Positions 28,019 through 37,669 of a DNA stretch of 64,000 nt are shown piece by piece. Where the stretch lies: the IMG/VR virus record IMGVR_UViG_3300033997_000141, positions 21,535-85,534 of that record, one strand, 5' to 3'. This DNA is from a virus. Under the pieces are notes generated by a model. The model searched no databases. It saw nothing but the letters and a program-made list of their open reading frames with translations, and was not told the DNA's origin. The stretch's first letter is position 1. Each line of letters starts with the position of its first letter. The position numbers and the translations under genes were made by a program.

Positions 28019-28918
28019 TTACGCCGGCAGACTCATCTTGAAGACCCACGGACGCCAGGTGGTGTTGCCCTTCTTGATGGAAGCGCCGACCTTGCAGTTC
28101 AGCACCAGCTGATCCGGCAGCTGCCGGAACTTCTGGCGGGCGACAGCGCAAGCGCCGCTCAGTCGGTCGGTGGATGCTGGCGGGATGCTCAGGCTGACCA
28201 TGTGCTCTTGCAGGTCATCGTCGCGGTTCGTCAGCGTGGCCATGCCTTCCAGGTAGCGCTTGATGTCCCACTCTTCCTTCGCGTAGCCCTGTTCGACCCA
28301 CTCGGCCTGGATCTCGGTGGCTGGGGAGCCATCGGTCAGCAGGTCGCCTTTCGGGTCATAGCTGAAGTAGACGGGCGAATCGTCGCCGTCGTACTGGCGC
28401 ACGATGTAGATCGGACGGGTACCCATCAGGACGCAGTCGAAGGATTCGCCGAGGTCACGTTCTTCGGTGCCCAGCTTGAAGCGGCCTTCGTGCAGCTTGA
28501 TGCGGTCGAAGGACATGCCGGTGACGTTCAGACCTTCGAAGCCGTGGTCCGCCATGTCGGCGGTGAAGGCTGCCATCGCCCCGCTCTTGCCTGCGGTACC
28601 AGCGATTGCTGGTGGTGCGCTGGCAGTTGCCACAGCGACTTCCTGACGCTGCTCGGCGACGACTTCGGGCTCCGGTTCTTCTTCCAGCTCGGCGGCTGGT
28701 TCGGCTTCTTCCACCCCCTGGGCCTGCTCTGCTTCCGCTTCAGGCTGGCGTTCCACCGCGGCTTCGGGCTCCTGCCCTCCCTGCACTTCGCTGTTCTGCT
28801 CGACCTGGGCCTCTTGGGCCTGATCGACGGTCTCCTTGACCTGAGCTTCCTGCTCTTGGGCTGCGATGTTGGTGGCGTTGGTCTTGACTTCGGTAGTTGC
28901 GGCTTTACGCAGTGCCAT
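28019..28918 (-). CDS. Hypothetical protein with acidic low-complexity N-terminus (SSB/recombination-protein candidate)
   Basis: About 100-aa E/Q/A/P-rich N-terminus then a globular beta-rich domain. Has its own promoter and terminator inside the replication module. Confidence 0.6.
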   Translation of the reverse strand: MALRKAATTEVKTNATNIAAQEQEAQVKETVDQAQEAQVEQNSEVQGGQEPEAAVERQPEAEAEQAQGVEEAEPAAELEEEPEPEVVAEQRQEVAVATASAPPAIAGTAGKSGAMAAFTADMADHGFEGLNVTGMSFDRIKLHEGRFKLGTEERDLGESFDCVLMGTRPIYIVRQYDGDDSPVYFSYDPKGDLLTDGSPATEIQAEWVEQGYAKEEWDIKRYLEGMATLTNRDDDLQEHMVSLSIPPASTDRLSGACAVARQKFRQLPDQLVLNCKVGASIKKGNTTWRPWVFKMSLPA

Positions 28919-28991
28919 GGTCTATCTCACTTTTCAGGTTAAATTTACAATTTCAGTGGCAATCAGCGCACTTTTCGCTGATGCAGTCTGC

Positions 28992-29021
28992 TTTATACCG
29001 AGGCAGATGACTCGGTGTCAA
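28992..29021 (-). promoter_or_regulatory. Sigma70-like promoter with palindromic spacer
   Basis: TTGACA-N18-TATAAA on the minus strand, with ACCGAG-N8-CTCGGT across the spacer. Confidence 0.75.
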
Positions 29022-29025
29022 CCGG

Positions 29026-30708
29026 TCAAGCAGCCATCAGCTCGTGGAGCAGATCGTGCTTGTCCCGAATTGCTCGGTTGTTGCTCTCCTCGTTCTTGAG
29101 GAGGTTCTTGAAGTTTTTGTCGCTCAGGGTGCCCAGCACCCGCATGAAGTACACGTTGACGATCTTCAGCTGTCCCTTCCGGTAGGCCCGTGCCAGCGCC
29201 TGCTTGGCGTCCTTCGGCGAGGTCGGGCACTCGTAGAAGATGATGTAGCTGGCGACCTGCAGGTTGAGCGCTGCGCCGCCGCTGATCCAGTTGATGATCA
29301 GCAGGTTGCTGTCCTCGTCGTTCTTGAACCGGTCGATCTCGTCCTGCGCCCCCTTGGTCCCGCCGTAGATCACGCAGGGCTTCAGGTGGGCGTAGCGCTT
29401 GGCCAACTGGTCAACCGCGCCCCGGTAGAAGGCGAAGATGATCACCTTGCGCTCGACGTTGGGCTTGATGCTGTCGATCAGCTGGTCTGTAGCCGTTGCC
29501 AACTGGTTCTCGCCGGTGTAGCCGTACTCCTCTGGGCAGCTGATCAGCCGCAGCGCTGTGTGTCGCATTTCGCTGATGCTCTGCGGCGAGATCACCAGGT
29601 CACCCAGAATGGCGAACTTGTCGTTCACCACGTTCCGGTACAGCTTGGCGTGGGCGCCGGTAAGCCTGACGGGGTACTCGCTGATGATGGGCTCAGGTAG
29701 CTCGATCACGTCGCGCTTCTGTACCCGGCTGGCGTTGGCCCAGAGCGATTCGAAAATCTTCTCCGGGTTCACGTAGTCGGCGATCTGCTTGATCGTCTTC
29801 TCGCGCCCGCCAGGCAGCGGTACCCTGAACTCCTTGATGATGCAGTGCTGGCGCAGGAATGCTGCCTTGTTCAGGTAGGCCTCGGGGTTGATCAGCCTGA
29901 TCAGTCCGTAGCAATCGTGCAGGTGCGTCGGCACCGGCGTCCCGGACATCAGGTAGATCGCCACGTCGTCCTTCAGGATGCGCGACATCTCGACCACGGA
30001 CTTCGAGATGATCGAGTCCATACCGCACAGGGCGTGGGCCTCGTCGAAGAACAGGACGTTGTAGCCACGCTCCTTGAGCAGGTTCTGGTGCGGGTTCTTG
30101 GCCTTGCCCTTGCCCTTCCGGATCGTGATGATACGTCCGTCTGGGGTGTAGGGTGTGGCCTTCTCGTAGGCGGGGTTGCCCTCGGCGTCGAAGTACGGGG
30201 TGGCGAACTCCTCCGGCGTGCCAACCTTGGCCATGTTGCGCACCCGCCAGAGGTTGTTGCCGATGTTCTTCACCGAGGAGTGGTCGTTGTACACCCGGAA
30301 AATGTCGTAGGACATGATCAGGATATCCGGCCAGCCGTCCTTCTCCCACTCGGAGACCAGCTTCTTTTTCTTGCTTGAGCTGACGTCTAAGTGCTCAATT
30401 TTCAGGTACTTGCGGATGTTTTTGAAGAAGTCTTCGAACTCCCGCATGAACTGGATGATGGGTGCTGGCGGCATCACGAAGACCACCTTGTTGCCCAGGG
30501 CAGCCATCAAGATGGCATGCACCTGGGCAGGGTAGGTCTTGCCGATCCCCGGCTCCCCGAAGTCGCCATACCGGTAATAGCGGGGGTAGGCGTGGATCAT
30601 CTGCATCTGGTGAGGCATAGGCCAGTGCAGCAACTCGATCTTGCTGAACCAGGTGGGGTGGTTATGCACCCCCGAGGCCAGCATCAGGTCGTCCAGGGTC
30701 ATCGGCAT
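29026..30708 (-). CDS. SNF2-like SF2 helicase/ATPase
   Basis: GEPGIGKT, DEAH, SGTP, G..LNLQ.A and QA.AR.YR.GQ motifs. Confidence 0.9.
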   Translation of the reverse strand: MPMTLDDLMLASGVHNHPTWFSKIELLHWPMPHQMQMIHAYPRYYRYGDFGEPGIGKTYPAQVHAILMAALGNKVVFVMPPAPIIQFMREFEDFFKNIRKYLKIEHLDVSSSKKKKLVSEWEKDGWPDILIMSYDIFRVYNDHSSVKNIGNNLWRVRNMAKVGTPEEFATPYFDAEGNPAYEKATPYTPDGRIITIRKGKGKAKNPHQNLLKERGYNVLFFDEAHALCGMDSIISKSVVEMSRILKDDVAIYLMSGTPVPTHLHDCYGLIRLINPEAYLNKAAFLRQHCIIKEFRVPLPGGREKTIKQIADYVNPEKIFESLWANASRVQKRDVIELPEPIISEYPVRLTGAHAKLYRNVVNDKFAILGDLVISPQSISEMRHTALRLISCPEEYGYTGENQLATATDQLIDSIKPNVERKVIIFAFYRGAVDQLAKRYAHLKPCVIYGGTKGAQDEIDRFKNDEDSNLLIINWISGGAALNLQVASYIIFYECPTSPKDAKQALARAYRKGQLKIVNVYFMRVLGTLSDKNFKNLLKNEESNNRAIRDKHDLLHELMAA

Positions 30709-33608
30709 CAGGCTTCCTCCGGTACGTCGCTTTCCATGAAGTTGTTCATCACCGTGCCGCGTTCAGCCAGCTTGGAGAGACTGAGGACGAACACCTCGGT
30801 GTCTTCGCGCCCCGGGTAGGGCTCCGAGCGTTCGTAGTAGGTCTCGCCGATGATCAGGTCGCGCAGCTGGCTGTATGCCTGGATCACCACCGTGTCGCCC
30901 TGGTTGCGGGAGAACGACTTGTACCGGGGCATGCAGGTGTGCAGGACCAGGTACAGGCTGTCGCCCAGGCGCCAGTAGTGCATGCCCGGCTTCAGTTGGT
31001 AGCGCTCGTCGGTGCTGGACTCCGCCATGATGTTCATCGTGGTCAGAACGCGGTCCACTTCCGAGGTCATCCGGCCACGCTCGGCCTTCACCACGCCACC
31101 GCCCAAGTAGGCAACCAAGCCGTCGTACAGCCGCTGCACTTCCTCACGCCCACCCACCTTGAACTCTGCCATGGTGTGCAGGAGCATGTGCAGGCCGGTC
31201 AGGCAGGTCATGTGGCCCCAGCGCGGCCGGCTGCTGATCTTGGCGTGGATCAGGTCGTGCTTGCTGTGGAAAATCTCCAGCAGTGCCGACGGCGAGGTAC
31301 CCATGGCCACTGTGACCAAAGCCTTGGCCATCCGCAGCAGCGCATCCTTGTGACGGATCGCCTGCGAGTAGTTGCGCTGGTACACCGGGTTCTCCAAAGA
31401 GCGAGACTGCAGCTTGACCTCGACCGAACGGCCGCGCAGCGCTGGCATGACCGGTGACTGCTCGCTGGTGTAGACGATCGGCGCCGAGATCCGGTCGTCC
31501 GTCTGCCCCAGCTCCTTGCCCATGATCCGGCCGCGCTGCACCGGTGCCTTGTTCCACGACGCCTTCAGGATACCGGCGATGCGGGGGTACTTCGTGCCCA
31601 GCTGGCCAGGGTTCACCTCCTCCACCAGGCGAGGGACCGTGGTCGAGCTGCTGAGGTACTTGATCAGCGGGTATTCGGTACCGACTTCCACGTTCATGTA
31701 CTCGGCCACGGTGTAGTCGATGCCGCTGAGCAGCGCCACCAGCACCGCGGTAGACGTCTTGCCGGCCTCCGAGTTGCCGCTGATGTTGAGCAGGGGGAAC
31801 TGCGGCTCCCGGAACTGGATGTGCTCCCGGAAATGGCAGGCGACGGTCCAGCCAATGATCATCGCCACCGAGATCGGGTCGTTGATGTTGCAGAGCGCGA
31901 TCAGAGCCGTCTCAAGGTCCGTGTCGTTTTCGAAGGGGTTGGTGCCACGCAGCAGCGCTGGCGACTGGCGCGGGTTGCCGCTGTAGCGGTAGCCGCTGCG
32001 CATGTTCTTGATGGTGATGGAGCTGTCAGCCTCGACGTAATGGGGAATGACCTTCCCATCCTTGCGATCGAGGATCAGCCCACACACAGCTGATCGAGTC
32101 ATCTTTTCGAGTTCCTTGTCCTCTGCTTTCTCACGGCCGAAGTATGTGACCGCCTTCAGCAGCCGCTGGATGTCAGCGTCACCGGCGTAGACCAGGGCGT
32201 CACCGTGCCCTTGGATCGAGCTGATCAGCTCGCGCTTCGAGCCCCAGGCCCGCTCGGGGATGCGGACGTCGCGGTGGATGCGGCCTTCGTCATCGATCAG
32301 GTAGCCCTGCAGCTCCTTGCGCACACTGATCCGCCAGCCTGGCGTCCCGTCGCGGTCCATGTGTGGCTCCAGGTCGTGAACCTCGACCTCGGGCCAGAAG
32401 GTGAAGCTGGACAGCTGGCGCCGGCCGTTCTCCATCACCAACCAGTAGCCCTTCGGGTCCCAGCTGATGTTGGTAGCGGCGTTGTACTGGCTCGGCGAAG
32501 CGCCGGCCTGGTCGGTGTCGCCATTGGCGATGTCTGCGCGGCACACCGGGCAGCCGCCACAGCGCTTGCCGATCACCGAGATGAATGCACCTGGTGCAAA
32601 CTTGAACTGCCCGGCGAAGGTGCGGCTCAGGTGGCCCTTGACGTGCTTGATCCGCTCGGTTTCGCTCGGGCGAGAGCTGCTTTCCACGTTCTTGCAGAAC
32701 GGGTAGACCAGCAGCTCCATGTACTCCTTCTCCTCCGACCTGTCGTAGGCGGCGGCGATGTAGGAGGAGAGCTGCAGGGCGGCCTGGTTCCACGTCGAGC
32801 TGTCGCAGTCACCCTCGGTGATGAGGATCTGCACGCAGCCTGGGATGCCCTCCCATTCCCTGAAGGTCTCCCGCGGCACCGTGGTAGCCTCGAGCAAGGC
32901 TCGCACCCGGCGGCTGGCCGCCAGCTTGGCCTTCTTGAACAGTTCGACGCACTTCGGGTAGGTGACGTTCTTCGGCGGGGTATTCACGGCCATCTTCGGC
33001 CGTGGCTGCGCCACCAGCACGCCATAGCCTTCGGCGTCCAGGGTCTGCAGCTCCTCGATGGAGACGCCCACCTTGTAGGTACCCTTGCCCGGCCTGGCCA
33101 CGCCTTCGCAGCGCCACATGCGGCCTTGGCCACAGCTGTACACGCTGTTGTCGATTGCGGAGTCGGTAGGCTTCAGGCCCACGCCGTCCTGCACCGTGAG
33201 CATGATCTCGCGGTAGATGTACGGCAGGAACTTTGTTGGCGATTTGACGCCGAACACTTCACCGGCGATGGTGAAATGGACGCCCTTACCGCCAGAGAGC
33301 CAGCAATTGATGAACTCGCCGGGGATGTCCAGCTTGGTCATCAGGTAATCGAGGACGAGGCGCGCATCATCCAGGGCGCGGTCGAGGTCGTCTTCCTTGT
33401 CAAAGTCGAAGTACATGGGGCCCAGGTACTTGACCGTCTCCAGCGGTTCGATACCTTTTTCGAAAAGTTCTTCGGGGTTCTGATCAACCATCAGAACAGT
33501 CTGGAACGAGGGCGGCCCGGGCAGAGCTGAAGGGTCCTTCAGCTGCTCAGCTGTGTATGGGCGCCATGGTTCCTTCCCGTTCGTCTTGAACTGGAGGAAG
33601 TAGAGCAT
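30708..33608 (-). CDS. Primase-helicase (AEP primase + Cys cluster + C-terminal P-loop helicase, DUF927/Cch-like)
   Basis: YFDFD and SGGKGVH (AEP motifs), PGC...CGGCPVC, Walker A GNSEAGKT and Walker B-like LVEE. Confidence 0.82.
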   Translation of the reverse strand: MLYFLQFKTNGKEPWRPYTAEQLKDPSALPGPPSFQTVLMVDQNPEELFEKGIEPLETVKYLGPMYFDFDKEDDLDRALDDARLVLDYLMTKLDIPGEFINCWLSGGKGVHFTIAGEVFGVKSPTKFLPYIYREIMLTVQDGVGLKPTDSAIDNSVYSCGQGRMWRCEGVARPGKGTYKVGVSIEELQTLDAEGYGVLVAQPRPKMAVNTPPKNVTYPKCVELFKKAKLAASRRVRALLEATTVPRETFREWEGIPGCVQILITEGDCDSSTWNQAALQLSSYIAAAYDRSEEKEYMELLVYPFCKNVESSSRPSETERIKHVKGHLSRTFAGQFKFAPGAFISVIGKRCGGCPVCRADIANGDTDQAGASPSQYNAATNISWDPKGYWLVMENGRRQLSSFTFWPEVEVHDLEPHMDRDGTPGWRISVRKELQGYLIDDEGRIHRDVRIPERAWGSKRELISSIQGHGDALVYAGDADIQRLLKAVTYFGREKAEDKELEKMTRSAVCGLILDRKDGKVIPHYVEADSSITIKNMRSGYRYSGNPRQSPALLRGTNPFENDTDLETALIALCNINDPISVAMIIGWTVACHFREHIQFREPQFPLLNISGNSEAGKTSTAVLVALLSGIDYTVAEYMNVEVGTEYPLIKYLSSSTTVPRLVEEVNPGQLGTKYPRIAGILKASWNKAPVQRGRIMGKELGQTDDRISAPIVYTSEQSPVMPALRGRSVEVKLQSRSLENPVYQRNYSQAIRHKDALLRMAKALVTVAMGTSPSALLEIFHSKHDLIHAKISSRPRWGHMTCLTGLHMLLHTMAEFKVGGREEVQRLYDGLVAYLGGGVVKAERGRMTSEVDRVLTTMNIMAESSTDERYQLKPGMHYWRLGDSLYLVLHTCMPRYKSFSRNQGDTVVIQAYSQLRDLIIGETYYERSEPYPGREDTEVFVLSLSKLAERGTVMNNFMESDVPEEA

Positions 33609-33615
33609 GGCGGGC

Positions 33616-33861
33616 TCAGGCCTCCATGCGCTGGATGGTCAGGCGCTTGACGTAAGTCTTGCCGTCGGCATTGTAGGCTTGGAAATCCAGCTCGCTCTTG
33701 AGGCCGCGACGGGCGACAGCCTGCTTGAACAGCGTGATGTTGTAGACCTTCTTCGGCATCACCACGGCCCCGTCGATTTGCAGCGTGTTGTAGTGCTTGG
33801 CCAGCTCTGCGTAATCAATCGGCTCTGCGGCCCGGCCTTTTGCGTGATCAACGGTTTGCAT
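33616..33861 (-). CDS. Small hypothetical protein, possible DNA-binding regulator
   Basis: 81 aa, RBS AGGAG, first gene after a putative promoter. Confidence 0.65.
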   Translation of the reverse strand: MQTVDHAKGRAAEPIDYAELAKHYNTLQIDGAVVMPKKVYNITLFKQAVARRGLKSELDFQAYNADGKTYVKRLTIQRMEA

Positions 33862-33909
33862 GTTGAACTCCTGTAGGAATGGCTCCGTGCCCCGGCGGGG
33901 CACGAAGAT

Positions 33910-33936
33910 GATAATACTATAAAAGTATCAGGTGCT
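33910..33936 (-). promoter_or_regulatory. Putative promoter TAGCAC-N15-TATTAT
   Basis: AT-rich intergenic site with the same spacing as the site at 41854-41880. A GC hairpin follows at 33886-33904. Confidence 0.55.
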
Positions 33937-35268
33937 AAAGCGAACTCTGTTGACCGTGAGTTCGTGACGGGCTCGGCTCCAACCAACGTAGACCAGGCGC
34001 TTGCGCTCCGGTCCCCGAGGGTTGTCGAGCATGTCGTTCACGTCGAGGAAGACCCGGCTGAACGAGCTACCCTGGGCGCGGTGGGCCGTGATGCAGTAGC
34101 AGTGGGTGATGTCGGCGAACAGCTCGCGGAAGGTGTGGTACATCCTCCAGCGCAGGCCGTGTGCCGCGGTTCCTTTGGCCTCCTTGGCTCGACGCTCGAG
34201 GTCGTTGAGGCGGGCGTTGTAACGCTCCAACTCGTGGTCGGCGACGATGTGGGCGAATGCTTGCTTCACGTCAGCGTAGATCGGCGTGAGCACCAAGCAT
34301 ACCGTGTCCCAATACTCGCCGGTGTCCTCGTCCACCAGGCGGCTGTCCTTGATCGCGGTGACGATACACTCCTCATCCGTAGACAGGACCACGTCACGCC
34401 CGAACGAGAGCGGGCCGGCCGTAACCACGCGCTCGCCGACGACAAATTTCCAGGCGTCTGGGCCAAACAACTTGGCGCGAATGGCCTTGTTTATGGCGCG
34501 AACGCGGTCATTACGCCAGGCGATCACCCTGGTCTCTTCCAGGTCCGTGTTCAGGTCGAACGCTTCCACCACCGTCTTGATGAACATCGCCGTCTTGACG
34601 ACCTTGATGTTCTGGTCCTCCTCGTGGTTGAAGTGGAACGGCTTGTTCTCCTTGATGGCCTGGCGCAGCTCACGGCCCAGCACGTTGATCGAGTTCGCGC
34701 TGCCGTCCGCGTTGGGCTTCTGCCGCTCGTTCTGGGTCAGCTCCCGCGTCGGGAACAGGTCGAAGGCCTCCGAACGCAGTTCGCCAACCGGCGGCAGTTG
34801 GTAGTCGTCACCCAGGATCAGGGAGAACGTCTCGCTGGCGTCTACGGCAGGCAGGTAGTAGTTGTGCAGCAGGATCTTGTTGAGCATCGACCCTTCGTCG
34901 AGCACAACCACGTCCATCTCACTGACAATCTCGTCCTTCGTCTGGGAGACGTGCTTGCGCTCGGAACTGGGCATCAGGGTCAAGCCCAGGGCGCTGTGGA
35001 TGGTCTTGAAGGTGATCCGGTCGGTCTTCAGGTTGGCAGCTTTCACCGCCTTCTCCAGCTGCTTGACCGCCTTGTTAGTTGGCGCGGCCATCAGGACGTT
35101 CATGTCCTGTCTGACCAGCTCCTCGGTGATATGGGTGGTGCAGAAGGTCTTGCCCGTGCCGCCCTCACCCACCAGGGTGGCGCCGTAACCCTCCCCGTTG
35201 AACATTTCGTTGATGATGCCATCAACAGCAAAGGCCTGGCCTCTGTTCAGCCCCATGTGATTCTCCAT
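33928..35268 (-). CDS. Dda/RecD-like SF1B helicase
   Basis: GEGGTGKT, APTNKA, TIHS.L, DEGSM, GD.YQLPPV, TAHRAQGS and Y...SRA motifs. Confidence 0.92.
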   Translation of the reverse strand: MENHMGLNRGQAFAVDGIINEMFNGEGYGATLVGEGGTGKTFCTTHITEELVRQDMNVLMAAPTNKAVKQLEKAVKAANLKTDRITFKTIHSALGLTLMPSSERKHVSQTKDEIVSEMDVVVLDEGSMLNKILLHNYYLPAVDASETFSLILGDDYQLPPVGELRSEAFDLFPTRELTQNERQKPNADGSANSINVLGRELRQAIKENKPFHFNHEEDQNIKVVKTAMFIKTVVEAFDLNTDLEETRVIAWRNDRVRAINKAIRAKLFGPDAWKFVVGERVVTAGPLSFGRDVVLSTDEECIVTAIKDSRLVDEDTGEYWDTVCLVLTPIYADVKQAFAHIVADHELERYNARLNDLERRAKEAKGTAAHGLRWRMYHTFRELFADITHCYCITAHRAQGSSFSRVFLDVNDMLDNPRGPERKRLVYVGWSRARHELTVNRVRFST

Positions 35269-35299
35269 GTGGTTGAGGGCCGGTTACCCGGCCCGTGCG

Positions 35300-35614
35300 T
35301 TATCGACTGAACAACGAAACCACGTTGTCCGCCTGGATCTTGGGTTGCGCGCTGAGGGTACGCTGCGTGGTGGTGATCAGGTGGAAGTTACCCATGAACG
35401 TGTCCATCACCACGTCATACCCCTCACGCTCTCCGGTCTCGAAGAACCAGACCATCAGCCTGCGCACTTCCTCGCCCGAGAACGAACAGATCGCTTCCTC
35501 GGTGAAGAACACACCCATAACGTTGGTCAGGAACTCGCGGATCACGCGGTCAGGCATGGGCTTCGGGTCGATCTTGACCGTCAGCATGCGCAGTTCTGCC
35601 ATCAACTTTTCCAT
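35300..35614 (-). CDS. Hypothetical protein
   Basis: 104 aa, RBS GGAGG. Confidence 0.65.
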   Translation of the reverse strand: MEKLMAELRMLTVKIDPKPMPDRVIREFLTNVMGVFFTEEAICSFSGEEVRRLMVWFFETGEREGYDVVMDTFMGNFHLITTTQRTLSAQPKIQADNVVSLFSR

Positions 35615-35701
35615 CTATCCTCCGGTTGCCGCCTTGATCACGCCGATGAAGATCGGCGCCAGAAAAACCACGGCGATGGTGTATTCGAAAATCCTGTACA
35701 T
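35615..35701 (-). CDS. Small membrane peptide (28 aa, not in the ORF track)
   Basis: MYRIFEYTIAVVFLAPIFIGVIKAATGG, RBS GAGGAGG, fills the intergenic gap exactly. Confidence 0.5.
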   Translation of the reverse strand: MYRIFEYTIAVVFLAPIFIGVIKAATGG

Positions 35702-35729
35702 ACAGCCTCCTCACCGCCGTGGCGGTCGT

Positions 35730-36542
35730 TTAGGTAGGGATGCCCTCTGCCAGCATGCGGCGGGCCTTGTCCACCAGGTCCTTGGGCGCCAGCTCCTGTT
35801 TCTTGGCCACCGGTTCCGGCAGGTGCTTGCCGGCTTCCGGCATGACGTCGAGCAGCTGTCGAGCGGTCTTCATGGGCATGATGACCTGAGTCAACATCTT
35901 CTGCATTTGCTCGGCTTCTTCGATGACCTTGGCGAATTTCTCTGCCAGGTCATTGGCGGTTTTTACCAGTGGCCAGGCGGCCTGGCTGAATCGCAGCTGC
36001 CGCTCGTTGAGTTTCACGGGGTCGCCAGGGCGGGGCTCAACAGCCTGCTGGTACACCGTCTTGGTGTGGCGCACGGCCGGCACCCCAGGGAACGAAGGGT
36101 CGAAGCGGATCTCGTAGCCATAGTTCGCTGCCCGGCAGCCGAACACTCGGCCGAAGGTTGACCAGTTCCTCATGATCGCGCTGAGGAAAGTGGAACGCTC
36201 GTCCTTATGCTTGCTCGGATAGGCAGGACCCTTCGCCATCACCAACTTCGAGCGGCAGCTGTACTGGAGGTTGGGGTTTTCGACGTCTTCTTTGTGTTCG
36301 TACATATAGACCGACAGCGTCCCATTGCTGGCGTGGGCTACCATGGTGCCTTGCTGGATCAGATCCAGCCAACGCTCACGGCTCAGCTCCGGCAAAAGCA
36401 GCTCGGCCTCCTTGACCACCAAGGCCTCCCAGAGATTGTTCAGCTTAATGGCCGCCTGTCCCATGACCATCGCGTGTTTCTTGCACGCTTCGGCCACCAG
36501 GTCGATAACCAATTGCTCTTTGATCTGTTTCGTCAGGTTCAT
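35730..36542 (-). CDS. Nmad5-like protein (nucleotide-modification-associated domain 5)
   Basis: N-terminal LT..IK..LV and C-terminal T..QLL...PEA...LP, recognised by eye. Confidence 0.6.
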   Translation of the reverse strand: MNLTKQIKEQLVIDLVAEACKKHAMVMGQAAIKLNNLWEALVVKEAELLLPELSRERWLDLIQQGTMVAHASNGTLSVYMYEHKEDVENPNLQYSCRSKLVMAKGPAYPSKHKDERSTFLSAIMRNWSTFGRVFGCRAANYGYEIRFDPSFPGVPAVRHTKTVYQQAVEPRPGDPVKLNERQLRFSQAAWPLVKTANDLAEKFAKVIEEAEQMQKMLTQVIMPMKTARQLLDVMPEAGKHLPEPVAKKQELAPKDLVDKARRMLAEGIPT

Positions 36543-36552
36543 GTCTCGTCCT

Positions 36553-36957
36553 TCAGCTCTTGAGAATGCAGGTGCGCATCTCTTTCAGTTGTTCTTTCGA
36601 GTTGGTGGTGATCGCCACCTGCACCGCCCCGTCCGCCGTGACATCAAAGGCGATGTTGCCGGCCCACCAGAAGTGGGGTAGCAGGCCCAGACTGCGACTC
36701 AGCTTGTGGTCCAAATCGTGCCGCGTCTGCGAGGTGCAGCGCGGCGACAAGGCCAGCACCAGAATCGACTTGGCGTCATTGGACAGCTTCAGGCTAGGCG
36801 ACGAGCTGTGCTTGCCCAGTTTGATCAGCTGCGCCAGCGTTGGCGCAGAGGAGCTGTGCTTCGCCTGGAAAGCCCTGATCGTCGGGTGCTTGTGCCAGGC
36901 TTCGGCGTGCTGGCTCTGCGGGAACAGCGGCTGGAACAGCCTGGTCTTGTCACTCAT
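36553..36957 (-). CDS. Hypothetical protein
   Basis: Coupled ORF in the operon. Confidence 0.6.
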   Translation of the reverse strand: MSDKTRLFQPLFPQSQHAEAWHKHPTIRAFQAKHSSSAPTLAQLIKLGKHSSSPSLKLSNDAKSILVLALSPRCTSQTRHDLDHKLSRSLGLLPHFWWAGNIAFDVTADGAVQVAITTNSKEQLKEMRTCILKS

Positions 36958-37372
36958 GCACTGGCCCCATCTGGCGCCCCAGCTCGCGGTGCAGCAGCGG
37001 CAGGGTAGGTTGCAGGTTGAGCGGGCTGTCGTCCTTCAGCAGCCCGGCCTCTTGCAGCTGCAACAGCGCGCACTGGATCTGGCGCAGCGGATCATGGGCC
37101 GGGCCGGGGATACCTACCGGCGGCTGCATCATGACCGTTTTGTCGATCAGGTCGCGGTCGAACCACAGGATGAACGCCGCTTTCTGCATACGAGGCCCGC
37201 CGGACAGCACGCTCCGGTGATCGAGGTCTTGATCGGTGACGAATGTGACCTTCCCCCCGTGCTTGGTTTTCTGCCAGCCTTCCATGCACTGATCGAGGAA
37301 CTGGAACTTCAGGTCACGAGGCATCAGGCCCGCAAGCAGGCCATGGAGGGTGAGGGGGTTCTTCTGGCTCAT
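36950..37372 (-). CDS. Hypothetical protein
   Basis: RBS AGGAG. Confidence 0.65.
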   Translation of the reverse strand: MSQKNPLTLHGLLAGLMPRDLKFQFLDQCMEGWQKTKHGGKVTFVTDQDLDHRSVLSGGPRMQKAAFILWFDRDLIDKTVMMQPPVGIPGPAHDPLRQIQCALLQLQEAGLLKDDSPLNLQPTLPLLHRELGRQMGPVHE

Positions 37373-37381
37373 GGGTCTCTC

Positions 37382-37669
37382 CTAGATGACCAGCACAGGC
37401 TGGGCGTTCTGGGGCAGGAGGCTATCGCTGCCCAGGGTGGTTACGTGGTCGATGGCTTGTTCCGTGGCGTCCTCCACCGAAACCTCGGTCTCGGTGTAGA
37501 GCATCACCAGGCGCGGCAGGCAGTCCTCGGGGGTGAACTTCACCAACCGCATGTGCTTGAAGCCATGAACGATCGGCAGGACCACGCCGTGCTTGTGCAG
37601 CGCACTGGCGTCGGGCACCACCGGGATGCCCATGTCGATCAGGGCCTTGGCCTGTTCAGGTGTCAGCAT
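37382..37669 (-). CDS. Hypothetical protein
   Basis: Start at MLTPEQAK. Confidence 0.6.
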   Translation of the reverse strand: MLTPEQAKALIDMGIPVVPDASALHKHGVVLPIVHGFKHMRLVKFTPEDCLPRLVMLYTETEVSVEDATEQAIDHVTTLGSDSLLPQNAQPVLVI

